Source: a virus
Length of the DNA stretch: 61,992 bases
Reading direction: 5' to 3' (one strand)
Virus record (IMG/VR): IMGVR_UViG_3300045988_165080
Coordinates: 1-61,992 of that record
Shown here: positions 7,502-17,630 of the stretch, piece by piece
Position numbering within the stretch: the first letter of the stretch is position 1
Layout of the letters: every line of letters starts with the position of its first letter
Translations under genes and position numbers: made by a program
Notes under the pieces: model-generated
Databases searched by the model: none
What the model was told of the DNA's origin: nothing
What the model saw: only the letters and a program-made list of their open reading frames with translations

Positions 7502-7657
7502 ATGAAAAAAAGCCGAACAGAATTAGCAAACGCAGTTGGTGTTACAGAAAGTTATATAGCAAAATTAGAAAATGGAAAAATTACAAATCCAACTCTATTT
7601 GTTTTAAAAGGACTTTCAAAAGCTTTAAATGTATCGCCATTAGAATTTTTTAAATAG
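7502..7657 (+). CDS. Small XRE-type HTH protein
   Basis: SRTELANAVGVTESYIAKLENGKITNPTLFVLKGLSKALNVSPLEFF. Confidence 0.5.
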   Translation: MKKSRTELANAVGVTESYIAKLENGKITNPTLFVLKGLSKALNVSPLEFFK

Positions 7658-7668
7658 GAGAGGATGTA

Positions 7669-8121
7669 ATGGAAAATATTGCGGTACAAGAAACAATAAG
7701 TTTTTTATCAAACACATTTCCAAAAATTTATTCTAGTTTATATTTAAAATATTTAAAACAATATTCTGAACTGCATAATATTAATAAAACTCAATTAAAA
7801 GCATTAGTTTTTTTAAAAGGTAATAGTGAAATAAACATGACAGAATTATGTGCTAAGTTAAATATAGAAAAAGGCAGTTTAACTAGTTTAATAGATGATT
7901 TGAGTGAAAAGGGATATGTTTGCAGAGAAAAAACTGTTAATGATAGAAGAAAATATATAATAGTTTTAACTAAAGAAGGCAATCAAATAGCTAAAAATTT
8001 TATAGAAAAATTAAGCAATAATTTAGAAAATAAATTTTCAAAATTAAATAAAGAAGATATAAAAAAATATTTATATGCTATGAAATTTCTAGAAAATTTG
8101 ATAGACAAAGATTTAGATTAA
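7669..8121 (+). CDS. MarR-family transcriptional regulator
   Basis: Winged-helix segment MTELCAKLNIEKGSLTSLIDDLSEKGYVCREKTVNDRRKYIIVLTKEG. Confidence 0.75.
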   Translation: MENIAVQETISFLSNTFPKIYSSLYLKYLKQYSELHNINKTQLKALVFLKGNSEINMTELCAKLNIEKGSLTSLIDDLSEKGYVCREKTVNDRRKYIIVLTKEGNQIAKNFIEKLSNNLENKFSKLNKEDIKKYLYAMKFLENLIDKDLD

Positions 8122-8150
8122 ATACTTATTTAAAAATAGGGGGAATTAAT

Positions 8151-10118
8151 TTGAAGGAAATTAGATTAAAACAATTATCAATCAGCAATTTTAAAGGCAT
8201 TTCCAAACTAGACATACAATTCAAAGACATAACAACTTTATCAGGAATGAATGCAACAGGAAAATCAAGTGTATTTGATGCATTTACATGGCTTTTATTC
8301 GATAAAAACAGTAAGGGTGATAGTAAATTTGAATTAAAACCTTTAGATAAAAATAACGAGTATATAAGAGGTTTAAATCCACATGTAACAGGCATTTTAG
8401 AAGTTGATGGTATAGAAACAAAGTTGTCAAAAGAATACAAAGAAAAGTGGACTTCTAGAAGAGGAGAAAGTGAAAAAGTATTCGATGGCAATACAACAAA
8501 ATATGAAATTGATGATGTTCCAGTTAAAAAATCAGATTACAACAAAAAAATAAATGAGATAGCAGATGAAGAAACTTTCAAATTATTAACTAATCCATTC
8601 CATTTTCCTAATTTGGCTTGGAAAGAACAAAGAAAAGTTATCTTAGAAGTTGCTGGAGGAGATATATCCATAGAAGATGTTATAAAAGGCGATGAAGAAC
8701 TAAAATTAGTTAAACAAGATCTAGAACAAGAAGATGTATCTAAGCTGATAGATAGTAAAAAAGGTAGTATGAAGAAATTACGAGAAAATAAGAAATCAAT
8801 TCCTTATAAAATTGAGGAGTTAATGGAAACAGTAGTTGACTTTGATGTAAAAGAAGTTGAACTGAAAATATCAGCTAAAGAAAGCAAATTAAAAGATATA
8901 GATAAAAAAATAAGTGATATAGCTAATAGTAGTAAAGAACTAATAGCTAAAAGAGATGAAGTGATGAAAAAAATTAGCGCAAATGAAAAGCTAATTGAAG
9001 ATGAAAGACAAGCAGATAGAAAAGTATATGACAATAAAATAAGAGAATTACAAGAGAAAATAAGAAAAGAAGAAAAAGAGTTATACTCATGTGAACATAA
9101 AAAAAATGAATATGACTATAAAATAAAAAATTTAACAAATAAATTTAATTTTTTAGAAAATGAAGCATCCAAATTAAGAGAACAATTCAGTAAGATACAA
9201 TCAGAAAAAGTTGATTTTAGTAGTATAAAGACGGAGTGTCCTACTTGCAAACGACCATTCGAAGAATCAGACATAGAGGAAAAACAATCAGAGTTAGAAA
9301 AAAATTTCAACCTAGATAAAGCTAAAAGAAAAAAAGAAGTTATAGAACAAGGCAAAATAAAAGTTAAAGAACAAGAAGATATCAAAGAAGATATTGAAAA
9401 CTATACTGTAGAGATTTCCGATATAGAAAACAATATCAATATTAAAAAAGGAAATATAAATTACCTGGAAAAACAAATATCAAATTTAACATATACACCA
9501 AGTGAAACTTCTAAAGAAAAAATTTTAAAACTCAAAAGAGAAAATAACAAGCTTTTAGATAGTTTAGGAACATATGAAACGGAAGATAATTCAATACTTC
9601 TAAATGAAAAGGATGAAATCAACAAAGAATTAAAAGATTTATACAGTCAATTAGGAGCAGTTGAAAATAATAAGAAAGTAAATAAAAGAATAGAAGATTT
9701 AAAAGCAGAAGAAAAGCAACTTGGAGTAGAAATAGCAAGACAAGAAGGGCTTATAATGCTATACGAAAAGTTTATAACTAAAAGAGTAGAACTTTTAGAG
9801 AAAAATATAAACAAACACTTTAAGAATGTTAGCTTTAAATTATTTTCTACACAAGTGAACGGAGCTATTGCAGAAACTTGTGAGGCAACGATAAATGGAG
9901 TACCTTTTTCTAATGCAAATACTGCAGGCCAAATAAACGCTGGTATAGATATTATAAATACTTTATCCGAGTACTTTGGATTAATTGCACCAATATTTAT
10001 TGATAATAGCGAATGCGTAAATAAAATATCAGATACTAGAGGGCAATTGATTAAATTAGTAGTTACAGAAGATAAGAAATTAAACATAGATGCTATAGAA
10101 GTTATCACAGAAGAATAG
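8151..10118 (+). CDS. Rad50/SbcC-like recombination ATPase
   Basis: N-terminal Walker A LSGMNATGKSS, a long coiled coil, a CPTCKRPF zinc-hook-like motif and a C-terminal ABC-type domain. Confidence 0.75.
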   Translation: MKEIRLKQLSISNFKGISKLDIQFKDITTLSGMNATGKSSVFDAFTWLLFDKNSKGDSKFELKPLDKNNEYIRGLNPHVTGILEVDGIETKLSKEYKEKWTSRRGESEKVFDGNTTKYEIDDVPVKKSDYNKKINEIADEETFKLLTNPFHFPNLAWKEQRKVILEVAGGDISIEDVIKGDEELKLVKQDLEQEDVSKLIDSKKGSMKKLRENKKSIPYKIEELMETVVDFDVKEVELKISAKESKLKDIDKKISDIANSSKELIAKRDEVMKKISANEKLIEDERQADRKVYDNKIRELQEKIRKEEKELYSCEHKKNEYDYKIKNLTNKFNFLENEASKLREQFSKIQSEKVDFSSIKTECPTCKRPFEESDIEEKQSELEKNFNLDKAKRKKEVIEQGKIKVKEQEDIKEDIENYTVEISDIENNINIKKGNINYLEKQISNLTYTPSETSKEKILKLKRENNKLLDSLGTYETEDNSILLNEKDEINKELKDLYSQLGAVENNKKVNKRIEDLKAEEKQLGVEIARQEGLIMLYEKFITKRVELLEKNINKHFKNVSFKLFSTQVNGAIAETCEATINGVPFSNANTAGQINAGIDIINTLSEYFGLIAPIFIDNSECVNKISDTRGQLIKLVVTEDKKLNIDAIEVITEE

Positions 10119-10127
10119 GTTTAAAAA

Positions 10128-10388
10128 ATGAAGGGTAGAAAATGGAGTAAAGAAGAAGAAAAATTTCTAAAAGAAAATTATACAGTAATATCAGATAAAG
10201 AGATTGCAAGGTATTTAGGACGAACATTATCTTCAATTAGAGGAAAAGTTAATTTTGAAAAAGGAAAGAAAAGTAAACAAAGTAGATTAATAAATAAGAA
10301 TAATTATTTAACAGAAGAACAAAGAAAAAAGAAAATTAAAAATATAATATTTATGGCTACAGGAATTTATTTAAATGATAAGGTGTGA
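10128..10388 (+). CDS. Hypothetical protein (Myb/SANT-like N-terminus)
   Basis: RKWSKEEEKFLKENYTVISDKEIARYLGRTLSSIRGK. Confidence 0.4.
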   Translation: MKGRKWSKEEEKFLKENYTVISDKEIARYLGRTLSSIRGKVNFEKGKKSKQSRLINKNNYLTEEQRKKKIKNIIFMATGIYLNDKV

Positions 10389-10393
10389 TTTAA

Positions 10394-10753
10394 ATGGAAG
10401 ATTTAACTGGTAAAAAATATGGAAAACTTACTGTTATCAAATTCATAGAACGTAAAGATACAAGCTATTATTGGCTTTGTAAATGTGAATGTGGTAATGA
10501 AAAAATAGTTACAGCTAGCAATTTAAAAAAAGGAAGTTATAAAAGTTGTGGTTGTTTAAGAGAGGAACAAAAGGAAAAGAGAAAAAAGAATAAATATATT
10601 GGTTGGAATTATTATTTACCGTTTGAAAATGAAGTAAAAGATTACTCATCTAAAGTTACAACAAGAAAATTAAATAGAAAACAATTAGAACAATATTTAA
10701 AAGAATTGCAATATAAAGAAGTACAGTACAGAGGGGGAAAAAATAATGGCTAA
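10394..10753 (+). CDS. Hypothetical zinc-ribbon protein
   Basis: LTGKKYGKLTVI...WLCKCECGNEKIV...SCGC. Confidence 0.45.
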   Translation: MEDLTGKKYGKLTVIKFIERKDTSYYWLCKCECGNEKIVTASNLKKGSYKSCGCLREEQKEKRKKNKYIGWNYYLPFENEVKDYSSKVTTRKLNRKQLEQYLKELQYKEVQYRGGKNNG

Positions 10754-11609
10754 TCAAATTACTACTCAGCAAAATAAAGTCAAATCAGTAGAATCATTAA
10801 TGGCAACAAATGAAGTTAAATCAAAGTTCAATGATGTATTAGGTAAAAAAGCAGCAGGATTTATGGCATCTATAATAACTGCAAGTAAAAATAATTTAAA
10901 AGGTGTAGAGCCAAATTCTATTCTAAAAGGTGCAATGACAGCTGCAACATTAGATTTACCTATAGAACCTAATTTAGGATTTGCTTACTTAGTACCATAC
11001 AACAATAAAGTTAATGGACAATGGGTTAAACAAGCACAGTTTCAAATTGGGTATAAAGGGTGCATACAACTAGCTATTAGAAGTGGACAATACAAAACAA
11101 TAAATGCAATTGAAGTTTATGAAGGTGAAATAAAGAAGATTAATAGATTAACTGGGGAAATAGAATTAAACGAAGATGAAAATGAAATAAATAGAGAAAA
11201 AGTTGTAGGATATATGGCTTACTTTAGACTTATAAATGGATTTGAAAAATCACTATATATGAGCAAAGAAGATGCAGAAAAACATGCTAGAAAATATTCA
11301 AAAGTTTATGCAAGTGGGAAAAGTTGTTTATGGAAAACTGATTTTGATGCAATGGCAATAAAAACGGTCCTTAAAAGATTAATAAGTAAATATGGAATTA
11401 TGAGTATAGAAATGCAAAAAGCTGTACTAAGTGACCAAGCAATTATAGATGAAAATGACAACTTGATTTATGCTGATAATCCAGAACATGAAATAGAAGA
11501 AAAAGCTAATAAAAAAACTATAGATATGGAAGAAATTATAGATGCTGAAGTTGAAGAAGTTGTAGCAGAAAATACTAAAGAACAACAAGAGGAAGAATGT
11601 CCGTTCTAA
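10746..11609 (+). CDS. recT: RecT-family single-strand annealing protein
   Basis: QFQIGYKGCIQLAIRSGQYKTINAIEVYEGE and an acidic C-terminus. Confidence 0.85.
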   Translation: MANQITTQQNKVKSVESLMATNEVKSKFNDVLGKKAAGFMASIITASKNNLKGVEPNSILKGAMTAATLDLPIEPNLGFAYLVPYNNKVNGQWVKQAQFQIGYKGCIQLAIRSGQYKTINAIEVYEGEIKKINRLTGEIELNEDENEINREKVVGYMAYFRLINGFEKSLYMSKEDAEKHARKYSKVYASGKSCLWKTDFDAMAIKTVLKRLISKYGIMSIEMQKAVLSDQAIIDENDNLIYADNPEHEIEEKANKKTIDMEEIIDAEVEEVVAENTKEQQEEECPF

Positions 11610-12310
11610 AAGTATTAAGTAGTGGGAGTAAGGGTAACTGTTATTTACTTATTACTCCTAATGAAACACTAATAATTGAAGCAGGTATTAGATATAAAGA
11701 TATATTAAAAGGTCTTGATTTTAAATTAGATAAAGTTGTTGGATGTTTAGTAAGTCATGAGCATAAAGATCATTCTAAATCGATTGAAGATTTAATAAAA
11801 AACGGCATAGACATATATTCATCTAAGGGAACTTTTAAAGCATTAGGCATAGAAAACTATAGAAGTAAAGTTATAAAGGCTAATAAGAAGCAACAAATAG
11901 GGAATTTTACTATTCTGCCATTTGATGTAGTACATGATGCAGAAGAACCACTTGGATTTCTTATAAAACATCAGGACATAGGAACTTTATTATTTATAAC
12001 AGATACCTGCTATTGTGAATATAACTTCAGGAACATAGATAATATCTTAGTTGAATGCAATTATATAAAAGAAAATTTAGAAGAATATTGTATAGAAACA
12101 AGTTTAAGTGCACGTATAAAAGATACACACTTTGAACTTGAAAATGTAATTAAATTCTTAAAGGCAAGTGATTTAAGTAAAGTTAAAAATATAATGTTAC
12201 TACATTTAAGTGCAAAACATGGAGATGATGTAGTAATGAAAGAAAAGGTAGAAGAAGTAACTGGAATACCTGTTACGATAGCAGAAAAAAAAATAGAAAT
12301 AAATTTATAA
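11597..12310 (+). CDS. Metallo-beta-lactamase-fold hydrolase/nuclease
   Basis: HxHxDH motif VSHEHKDHS. Lies next to recT. Confidence 0.75.
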   Translation: MSVLKVLSSGSKGNCYLLITPNETLIIEAGIRYKDILKGLDFKLDKVVGCLVSHEHKDHSKSIEDLIKNGIDIYSSKGTFKALGIENYRSKVIKANKKQQIGNFTILPFDVVHDAEEPLGFLIKHQDIGTLLFITDTCYCEYNFRNIDNILVECNYIKENLEEYCIETSLSARIKDTHFELENVIKFLKASDLSKVKNIMLLHLSAKHGDDVVMKEKVEEVTGIPVTIAEKKIEINL

Positions 12311-12338
12311 GGGGGATAGTTATATAGGAGGGGGAAAT

Positions 12339-13067
12339 ATGAAATTATTAAAAGTTATAGAACGAAATGGTCATTACAGTCTAGTATTTGATAAACTACC
12401 TAAAATGACATATGAAAAAATAAACAGAGATTATGTAGGAACAATTTTAAATGATAATGGGGATGTTGCATTTTGTGATTATCTTAAATATTCAACATAT
12501 GGTGGGGCTTTTGGAGATGCAGAGTTAACATTAGATATGAAAGATGGGACACAAGAAAAAATAAAAAGCAATTGGTGGGATAGCTATATATGTGAAGAGT
12601 TTATTAATATTGGTATAGGAGACATTGATGAATTAGAAGATTGCTTTGTATTTAAAGGTACTCACGTAAAAAAACAAATATTATCAGACATGCTAAAAGA
12701 ATATCTAAAAACAGATAAATTTTATAATAGTTCTGAAATAAGAAAATGGGTTAAATCTTATGGGGAATGGTTTGATTTAATAAATGATTACAATAAAAAT
12801 TTAATGATAAATAAAAAAGGAAGAATAGTTAATAAATATTCAAAAGAGAATGAATTTAAATCATTTTTAATATGTAAATACTTTGAAAAATATAAGAAGA
12901 ATGTTTATATACTCGAAATTAAATATAGAGATAAGTTAGGAATAAGGAGAAAAGTAGAGTTAAATCCTAAAGAGGTATATATTAAATCCTTAAATATTTC
13001 AGAAAAAGAAGCATGGAAGCTTATAGAAAAAAATTGCCACTACACTATATATGTATCTAAAAAATAA
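12339..13067 (+). CDS. Hypothetical protein
   Basis: 242-aa ORF with RBS ggagggggaa. Confidence 0.5.
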   Translation: MKLLKVIERNGHYSLVFDKLPKMTYEKINRDYVGTILNDNGDVAFCDYLKYSTYGGAFGDAELTLDMKDGTQEKIKSNWWDSYICEEFINIGIGDIDELEDCFVFKGTHVKKQILSDMLKEYLKTDKFYNSSEIRKWVKSYGEWFDLINDYNKNLMINKKGRIVNKYSKENEFKSFLICKYFEKYKKNVYILEIKYRDKLGIRRKVELNPKEVYIKSLNISEKEAWKLIEKNCHYTIYVSKK

Positions 13068-13130
13068 TGATAAACGATATAAGATAAATAAACTTATAAA
13101 TGATTAAGAGAAATTGTATAGGAGGGAAAA

Positions 13131-13367
13131 ATGCAAGTAGATAAATATGTATCAGAATATAGAAGAGTATTAAAGATAGTAGGACGTGACGAGATGGAAT
13201 TTCAAAAAGACTTTTTAGAGCATTTAATCCAAAGGGATAAAGACAACATAGAGACATTACAATCAGTAAATGCACCAAATGATAGTGAGGCAATGACTAA
13301 AGCAAAAGATAGATTAAGACGTAATGAGATGGAATTGATAGCAGTTAAGAAAGTATTAGCAGAATAA
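13131..13367 (+). CDS. Hypothetical protein
   Basis: 78-aa ORF with RBS ggaggga. Confidence 0.45.
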   Translation: MQVDKYVSEYRRVLKIVGRDEMEFQKDFLEHLIQRDKDNIETLQSVNAPNDSEAMTKAKDRLRRNEMELIAVKKVLAE

Positions 13368-13430
13368 TACTTAAAAATAAATATCCTAGGATGCAAAATA
13401 TCCTAGGATTATGAAAGATGATGATGAAAT

Positions 13431-13589
13431 ATGGCAAAGAGAGCAACTGATTTAGAGTTAAGAAAACTAAAAAGATTATATAGAAAAGGATATAGTGTTT
13501 TAGAAATATCATATCATTTAGATCGTTCAGAAGAATTTGTAAAAATACATATTAAAAATATAAAACAAAGCAGAAGAAAAAGTAAATAA
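13431..13589 (+). CDS. Small HTH-like protein
   Basis: MAKRATDLELRKLKRLYRKGYSVLEISYHLDRSEEFV. Preceded by the direct repeat atatcctagga x2 (13381-13410). Confidence 0.4.
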   Translation: MAKRATDLELRKLKRLYRKGYSVLEISYHLDRSEEFVKIHIKNIKQSRRKSK

Positions 13590-13593
13590 GATT

Positions 13594-13854
13594 GTGGGGG
13601 AAGAAAATTTGAAGATTTGGCAGTATATAGCCTTTATGAGTAAAGGGCGAGTAGAAAATGATAGAGATAAAGTTTTTAAATATTTACTATCAAATTTAAA
13701 ACATACATGTGATGTTATAACAGATTTAATGCAAGAAGATTTATGTAAAAACAGTTTTTATATAGAAAACTGTAAAAAATATAAAGATTGTATATGTTGT
13801 TTAAATTGTTTTTTAGATGAGGAGGTTGAAAATGAAAATTTGCCAGGAATGTAA
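13594..13854 (+). CDS. Hypothetical Cys-rich protein
   Basis: 86-aa ORF with a GTG start. Confidence 0.35.
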   Translation: MGEENLKIWQYIAFMSKGRVENDRDKVFKYLLSNLKHTCDVITDLMQEDLCKNSFYIENCKKYKDCICCLNCFLDEEVENENLPGM

Positions 13855-14233
13855 TAGAGAATATGATAATTCACAAACTGTTGGAGATTTCTTTGGAGTA
13901 TGCGATGAATGTTATAAAGAAGAGTATAAAAAAGTAGAATACAACAAATACATAATGCCACTTTTAGAAGGAATTAATAAATTTACTGTTACAGAACAAA
14001 TGATGAAAGTAACAGAAGAACAAGCTGAATTTATTGGGGCGGTAGCAAAATTTGAAGCAGAAGGTGGAACAGATAAAGATAAAGAGCATATAATTGAAGA
14101 ATTTTTCGATAACATACAAGCCTCATTAGGTGTTTTAGACAAGATGGGATTAATAGATTTATTAGAAGAGGGACGAATAAAACATATAGCAAAATTAATT
14201 GATAGAGGTTGGAAATTCAAAGCGATGTTATAA
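13832..14233 (+). CDS. MazG-like nucleotide pyrophosphohydrolase with N-terminal zinc ribbon
   Basis: CQECN...CDEC, then EEQAEFIGAVAKFEAEGGTDKDKEHIIEEFFDNIQASLGVL. RBS gaggagg. Confidence 0.55.
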   Translation: MKICQECNREYDNSQTVGDFFGVCDECYKEEYKKVEYNKYIMPLLEGINKFTVTEQMMKVTEEQAEFIGAVAKFEAEGGTDKDKEHIIEEFFDNIQASLGVLDKMGLIDLLEEGRIKHIAKLIDRGWKFKAML

Positions 14234-14712
14234 GTGGGGTGAAAGCAATATTGAATAAAGAAGTTTTCAAAGAAGTTGATGAAATATTAAAAAATCTAAA
14301 ATATATTGATATTTACATAAAAGAAAAAGAATATCAAATAGAAAAAATAAAAAATGGAGATAGAGGAGCGATACAAGCAGTCTGTAATGATCTATTTAAA
14401 TCTTCTCCAACTAATTCAATTTCTAGCCGAGTTGAAAACGAAGTAATAAGTAGAGATAGATTAATTGCACAGCTAGAAGGGGAAATCTATGAACAAGGTA
14501 AAAACAGAAGACTTGTAATAAATGCTTTGAGTGAAATGGGAGAGAGTGAAAGATTTATTTATCAAGAGGTTTATCAAGAAGAAAAATTACTTTCACAAAT
14601 AGCTCAAGAAAATAATTGTTCTGTAGCAAAAATTTCATATATGAGAAAAGATTTTATAAACAAAATGGCCATAGTTCTATTAGGGCCAAAAGTATTGGAG
14701 GGGGAAAGATGA
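14209..14712 (+). CDS. Possible ArpU/RinA-type or sigma-region-4-like late transcription regulator
   Basis: C-terminal HTH-like segment LLSQIAQENNCSVAKISYMRKDFINKMA. Position is upstream of the sigma factor. Confidence 0.35.
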   Translation: MEIQSDVISGVKAILNKEVFKEVDEILKNLKYIDIYIKEKEYQIEKIKNGDRGAIQAVCNDLFKSSPTNSISSRVENEVISRDRLIAQLEGEIYEQGKNRRLVINALSEMGESERFIYQEVYQEEKLLSQIAQENNCSVAKISYMRKDFINKMAIVLLGPKVLEGER

Positions 14713-15713
14713 TTATACATAAATCAATAATACATGTACTAGATAAAAATAGTGATAGTCCAATATTAAATGACTATGAATGTAAAAATAGCTTAGAAGT
14801 AGATAAGTTTTTCCAAAAAATAATAAATAGAGTATCAAAAGATGATGATCTAAGAAAAGCAATATTTAATGATTACAGCAACAATATAGTTAAAAATTGT
14901 TGTGAACAAATTATATATGACGAAAACACATTTTTAAAAAATTCAAAAGAAATAGCAGCATATTTATTTGATATTATGCAACAAAGTGAAGGAATAGATT
15001 CTTGCGATTTAGCAATCTGTTTATATAGTGTAAAAAACGAAAAAAATGTAGCAATAATAAAACTTGATTATAGAAAAAATTATACACATTCAATTGATTT
15101 TATAGAAAATAAATTCAATATACAAATAATATCAAATGAAATTGGAATACCTGAAACTAGCAAACCAAAACAGTGTGCATTAGTTGGAGTTAGTGGGATA
15201 AATGATTATTATCATTTTAGATTGTTAGACAAAGATGCTGAAAAAGACCAACTTGAAACTAAATTTTTAACAGATTTTCTAAATGCTAAGAAAATAGAAG
15301 ATTCTAAATATAAAACAAAAGTATTTAAGAAAACTACAGATAGTTGGATAACAAATGCAATAACAGAAGATATGAAAATGGCCGAAGATATAAGGAGTAT
15401 GCTTAATTATACTTTGAAAGAAAAAGAAACTGTAGATGTTAAAGAATTTGCTAAAAGTAGTATACAAGATGAAGTGTTACAAGAAAGCTTTAATGAACGA
15501 ATGGAAGATAGAAACTTAACTGAAAGCTTTGAAATAGACAAAAAATGGGTTGAAAAGAAACTTAAAAACAGAAGTATAAAAACTGATACTGGATTTAGTA
15601 TAAAAGGAAATTTAACAAATTTTGAAGATCCAATGAAATATAGTTTTAGAAAAAATGAAAATGGAACATACGACATAGTATTAAAAAATATATCTTTTTA
15701 TGAGGAGAAATAA
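14709..15713 (+). CDS. Nucleoid-associated protein (NdpA/YejK-like family)
   Basis: N-terminus MIIHKSIIHVLDKNSDSPILNDYE and a size of about 334 aa fit the family. RBS ggaggggg. Confidence 0.5.
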   Translation: MIIHKSIIHVLDKNSDSPILNDYECKNSLEVDKFFQKIINRVSKDDDLRKAIFNDYSNNIVKNCCEQIIYDENTFLKNSKEIAAYLFDIMQQSEGIDSCDLAICLYSVKNEKNVAIIKLDYRKNYTHSIDFIENKFNIQIISNEIGIPETSKPKQCALVGVSGINDYYHFRLLDKDAEKDQLETKFLTDFLNAKKIEDSKYKTKVFKKTTDSWITNAITEDMKMAEDIRSMLNYTLKEKETVDVKEFAKSSIQDEVLQESFNERMEDRNLTESFEIDKKWVEKKLKNRSIKTDTGFSIKGNLTNFEDPMKYSFRKNENGTYDIVLKNISFYEEK

Positions 15714-15716
15714 AAA

Positions 15717-16271
15717 ATGACGAAGGAAGAAAAAAATCAATTAGCAGAAGAAAATTTGGGTTTAATTTATGCAGTTATAAATAAAAAATTTAATTTTGAA
15801 AATGTTACAGAAGAAGATAAAAAAAATTATTTTGAGGAAGGAATGATAGGTTTAGCAATAGCAATAAATAATTATGATACATCAGTAGATTCAAAGTTTT
15901 CCTCTTATGCTTTCACATGTATCAAAAATGAAATATGTAAATATATAGACAAACAAAAATGTTATAAAAGGAAAACAGATTCTGAATATAAAAAATCAAT
16001 CGATGAATATATAGATGGAGATAAAAAACTAACATATAAAGATATTTTAGTAAATGAAAAGGAAGATTATATTTCTTTAATCAACAAAGAATACATTTTA
16101 AATACAATTGAACAAATAGATATAAAAGATATAAAATTTATAGTTTCAAAACGAATTGAAGGATATACCTACAAAGAAATAGGAATTGAACTTAAAATTA
16201 GTAAACAAGCAGTACATACAAGAATAAAAAATTTAAAAAAGAATTTGCTTGCATCAGGAGTAATAATATAA
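15717..16271 (+). CDS. Sigma-70 family (ECF-like) sigma factor
   Basis: Region 2-like FSSYAFTCIKNEICKYI and region 4 HTH EGYTYKEIGIELKISKQAVHTRIKNLKKNL. Confidence 0.75.
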   Translation: MTKEEKNQLAEENLGLIYAVINKKFNFENVTEEDKKNYFEEGMIGLAIAINNYDTSVDSKFSSYAFTCIKNEICKYIDKQKCYKRKTDSEYKKSIDEYIDGDKKLTYKDILVNEKEDYISLINKEYILNTIEQIDIKDIKFIVSKRIEGYTYKEIGIELKISKQAVHTRIKNLKKNLLASGVII

Positions 16272-16275
16272 GGCG

Positions 16276-16539
16276 GTGAGTAAAATGGAATTTGAATGTG
16301 AAAACCTAACAACTCTAGGATGCCCAAGAATGGATGCAGTAAAAGAACTAATGCTACTGGAACAAATAGAAAATAATGTAGAACTGGACTTAAAAAATAT
16401 TTGTAGGAATCAATGTTGTAAAGACTGCGAAAACAAATGCAGTTATGAATGTGGCAGAGTAAAATATTTAGATCCAGTAGAACAATTTAAGAAAGAAGAA
16501 ATAGGACAAGTTAGTTATAAGCAATTAAGTTTTTTCTAG
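16276..16539 (+). CDS. Cys-rich small protein ending in YKQLSFF
   Basis: 87-aa ORF whose C-terminal motif is shared with the next gene. Confidence 0.5.
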   Translation: MSKMEFECENLTTLGCPRMDAVKELMLLEQIENNVELDLKNICRNQCCKDCENKCSYECGRVKYLDPVEQFKKEEIGQVSYKQLSFF

Positions 16540-16542
16540 GGG

Positions 16543-16890
16543 GTGAAAAGTATGAATACTATACCTGAATTTGTAAAACAGGGATTTTTACAAGAGTACC
16601 GATGTATTTATAGTGGATTTGAAGATGATTTAGACAAAATAAAAGGGAAAGAAAATAAAATAGATTTCTTTAAACAAGAATTCTCTACATCGCGTTATGG
16701 ATGTTATGAAGCAAATAAAAATCTAAATTGCTTTTTAGGATTAAATTCAAAAAATAAAGGCATTAAAATTATATATAAAAAAGATGGGAAAATACAAGAT
16801 AAGATAATTAGTTATAAAACTTGTATTGAGTGGATAGAAGAGAGTAAGCAAAGAAAAATACAATCTTATGAACAACTTAGTTTCTTCTAA
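16543..16890 (+). CDS. Small protein ending in YEQLSFF
   Basis: 115-aa ORF with RBS gggggtg. Confidence 0.5.
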   Translation: MKSMNTIPEFVKQGFLQEYRCIYSGFEDDLDKIKGKENKIDFFKQEFSTSRYGCYEANKNLNCFLGLNSKNKGIKIIYKKDGKIQDKIISYKTCIEWIEESKQRKIQSYEQLSFF

Positions 16891-17028
16891 AGGAGGTTGA
16901 AATGATATTAAGCAAAGTGAATGAGATAGTAAATAGAGCAAAAGAAATAATGGAAGCTAAGGGGACAAGTCCTCTAGCTTCTGTAATAAAAGCGATAGAA
17001 GAAGTAGAAAGAGAATTGGAGGTAGAAC

Positions 17029-17406
17029 ATGAGTAGTAATTATTTCAAAAAGTGTTCAAATTGTAAATGGTTGAAAATAAATGAAAAAAGAGAAAAATTT
17101 TATTGTGAAAATGCATTTGGAAACTTTATATCAACTGGTGATGTTTGTGAATATTGGGAAGGCATACACACAGTAAAAGAAGATGTAGTAAATCATCCAT
17201 CACATCACAATGACGGCAAAATAGAGGTAATGGATTTTATTGAAGATAAACAACTAAACTTTGCTAGAGGTAATGTAATCAAATATGTTTCTAGAGCTGG
17301 GAAAAAAGACCCAAATAAAGAACTAGAGGACCTTAAAAAAGCATCATGGTATTTAAATAGAGAAATAGAACGATTAAACAAGGAGGAAGAACAATGGAAG
17401 AAATAA
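17029..17406 (+). CDS. DUF3310-like phage protein with N-terminal zinc ribbon
   Basis: NHPSHHNDGKIEVMDFIEDKQLNFARGNVIKYVSRAGKKDP...DLKKASWYL. Confidence 0.55.
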   Translation: MSSNYFKKCSNCKWLKINEKREKFYCENAFGNFISTGDVCEYWEGIHTVKEDVVNHPSHHNDGKIEVMDFIEDKQLNFARGNVIKYVSRAGKKDPNKELEDLKKASWYLNREIERLNKEEEQWKK

Positions 17407-17630
17407 AACAAGCACTAGAAATATTAAAAAGAGAATGTACTAAACAAGACGACTGTGAAGGTTGCCCAATATCTAAGGTATTAGGATATAGTTGCCAAGA
17501 GGTAGCTATTCCAGAAGAATGGGAAGTAAACCACTAGGAGGAGAAATGGATAGAGTAATAGGAGATATAATTATTCTAGTTGTAATAGGATTATGGATAG
17601 CTAGTAGATTATTTGTATAAGGGGGATAAT

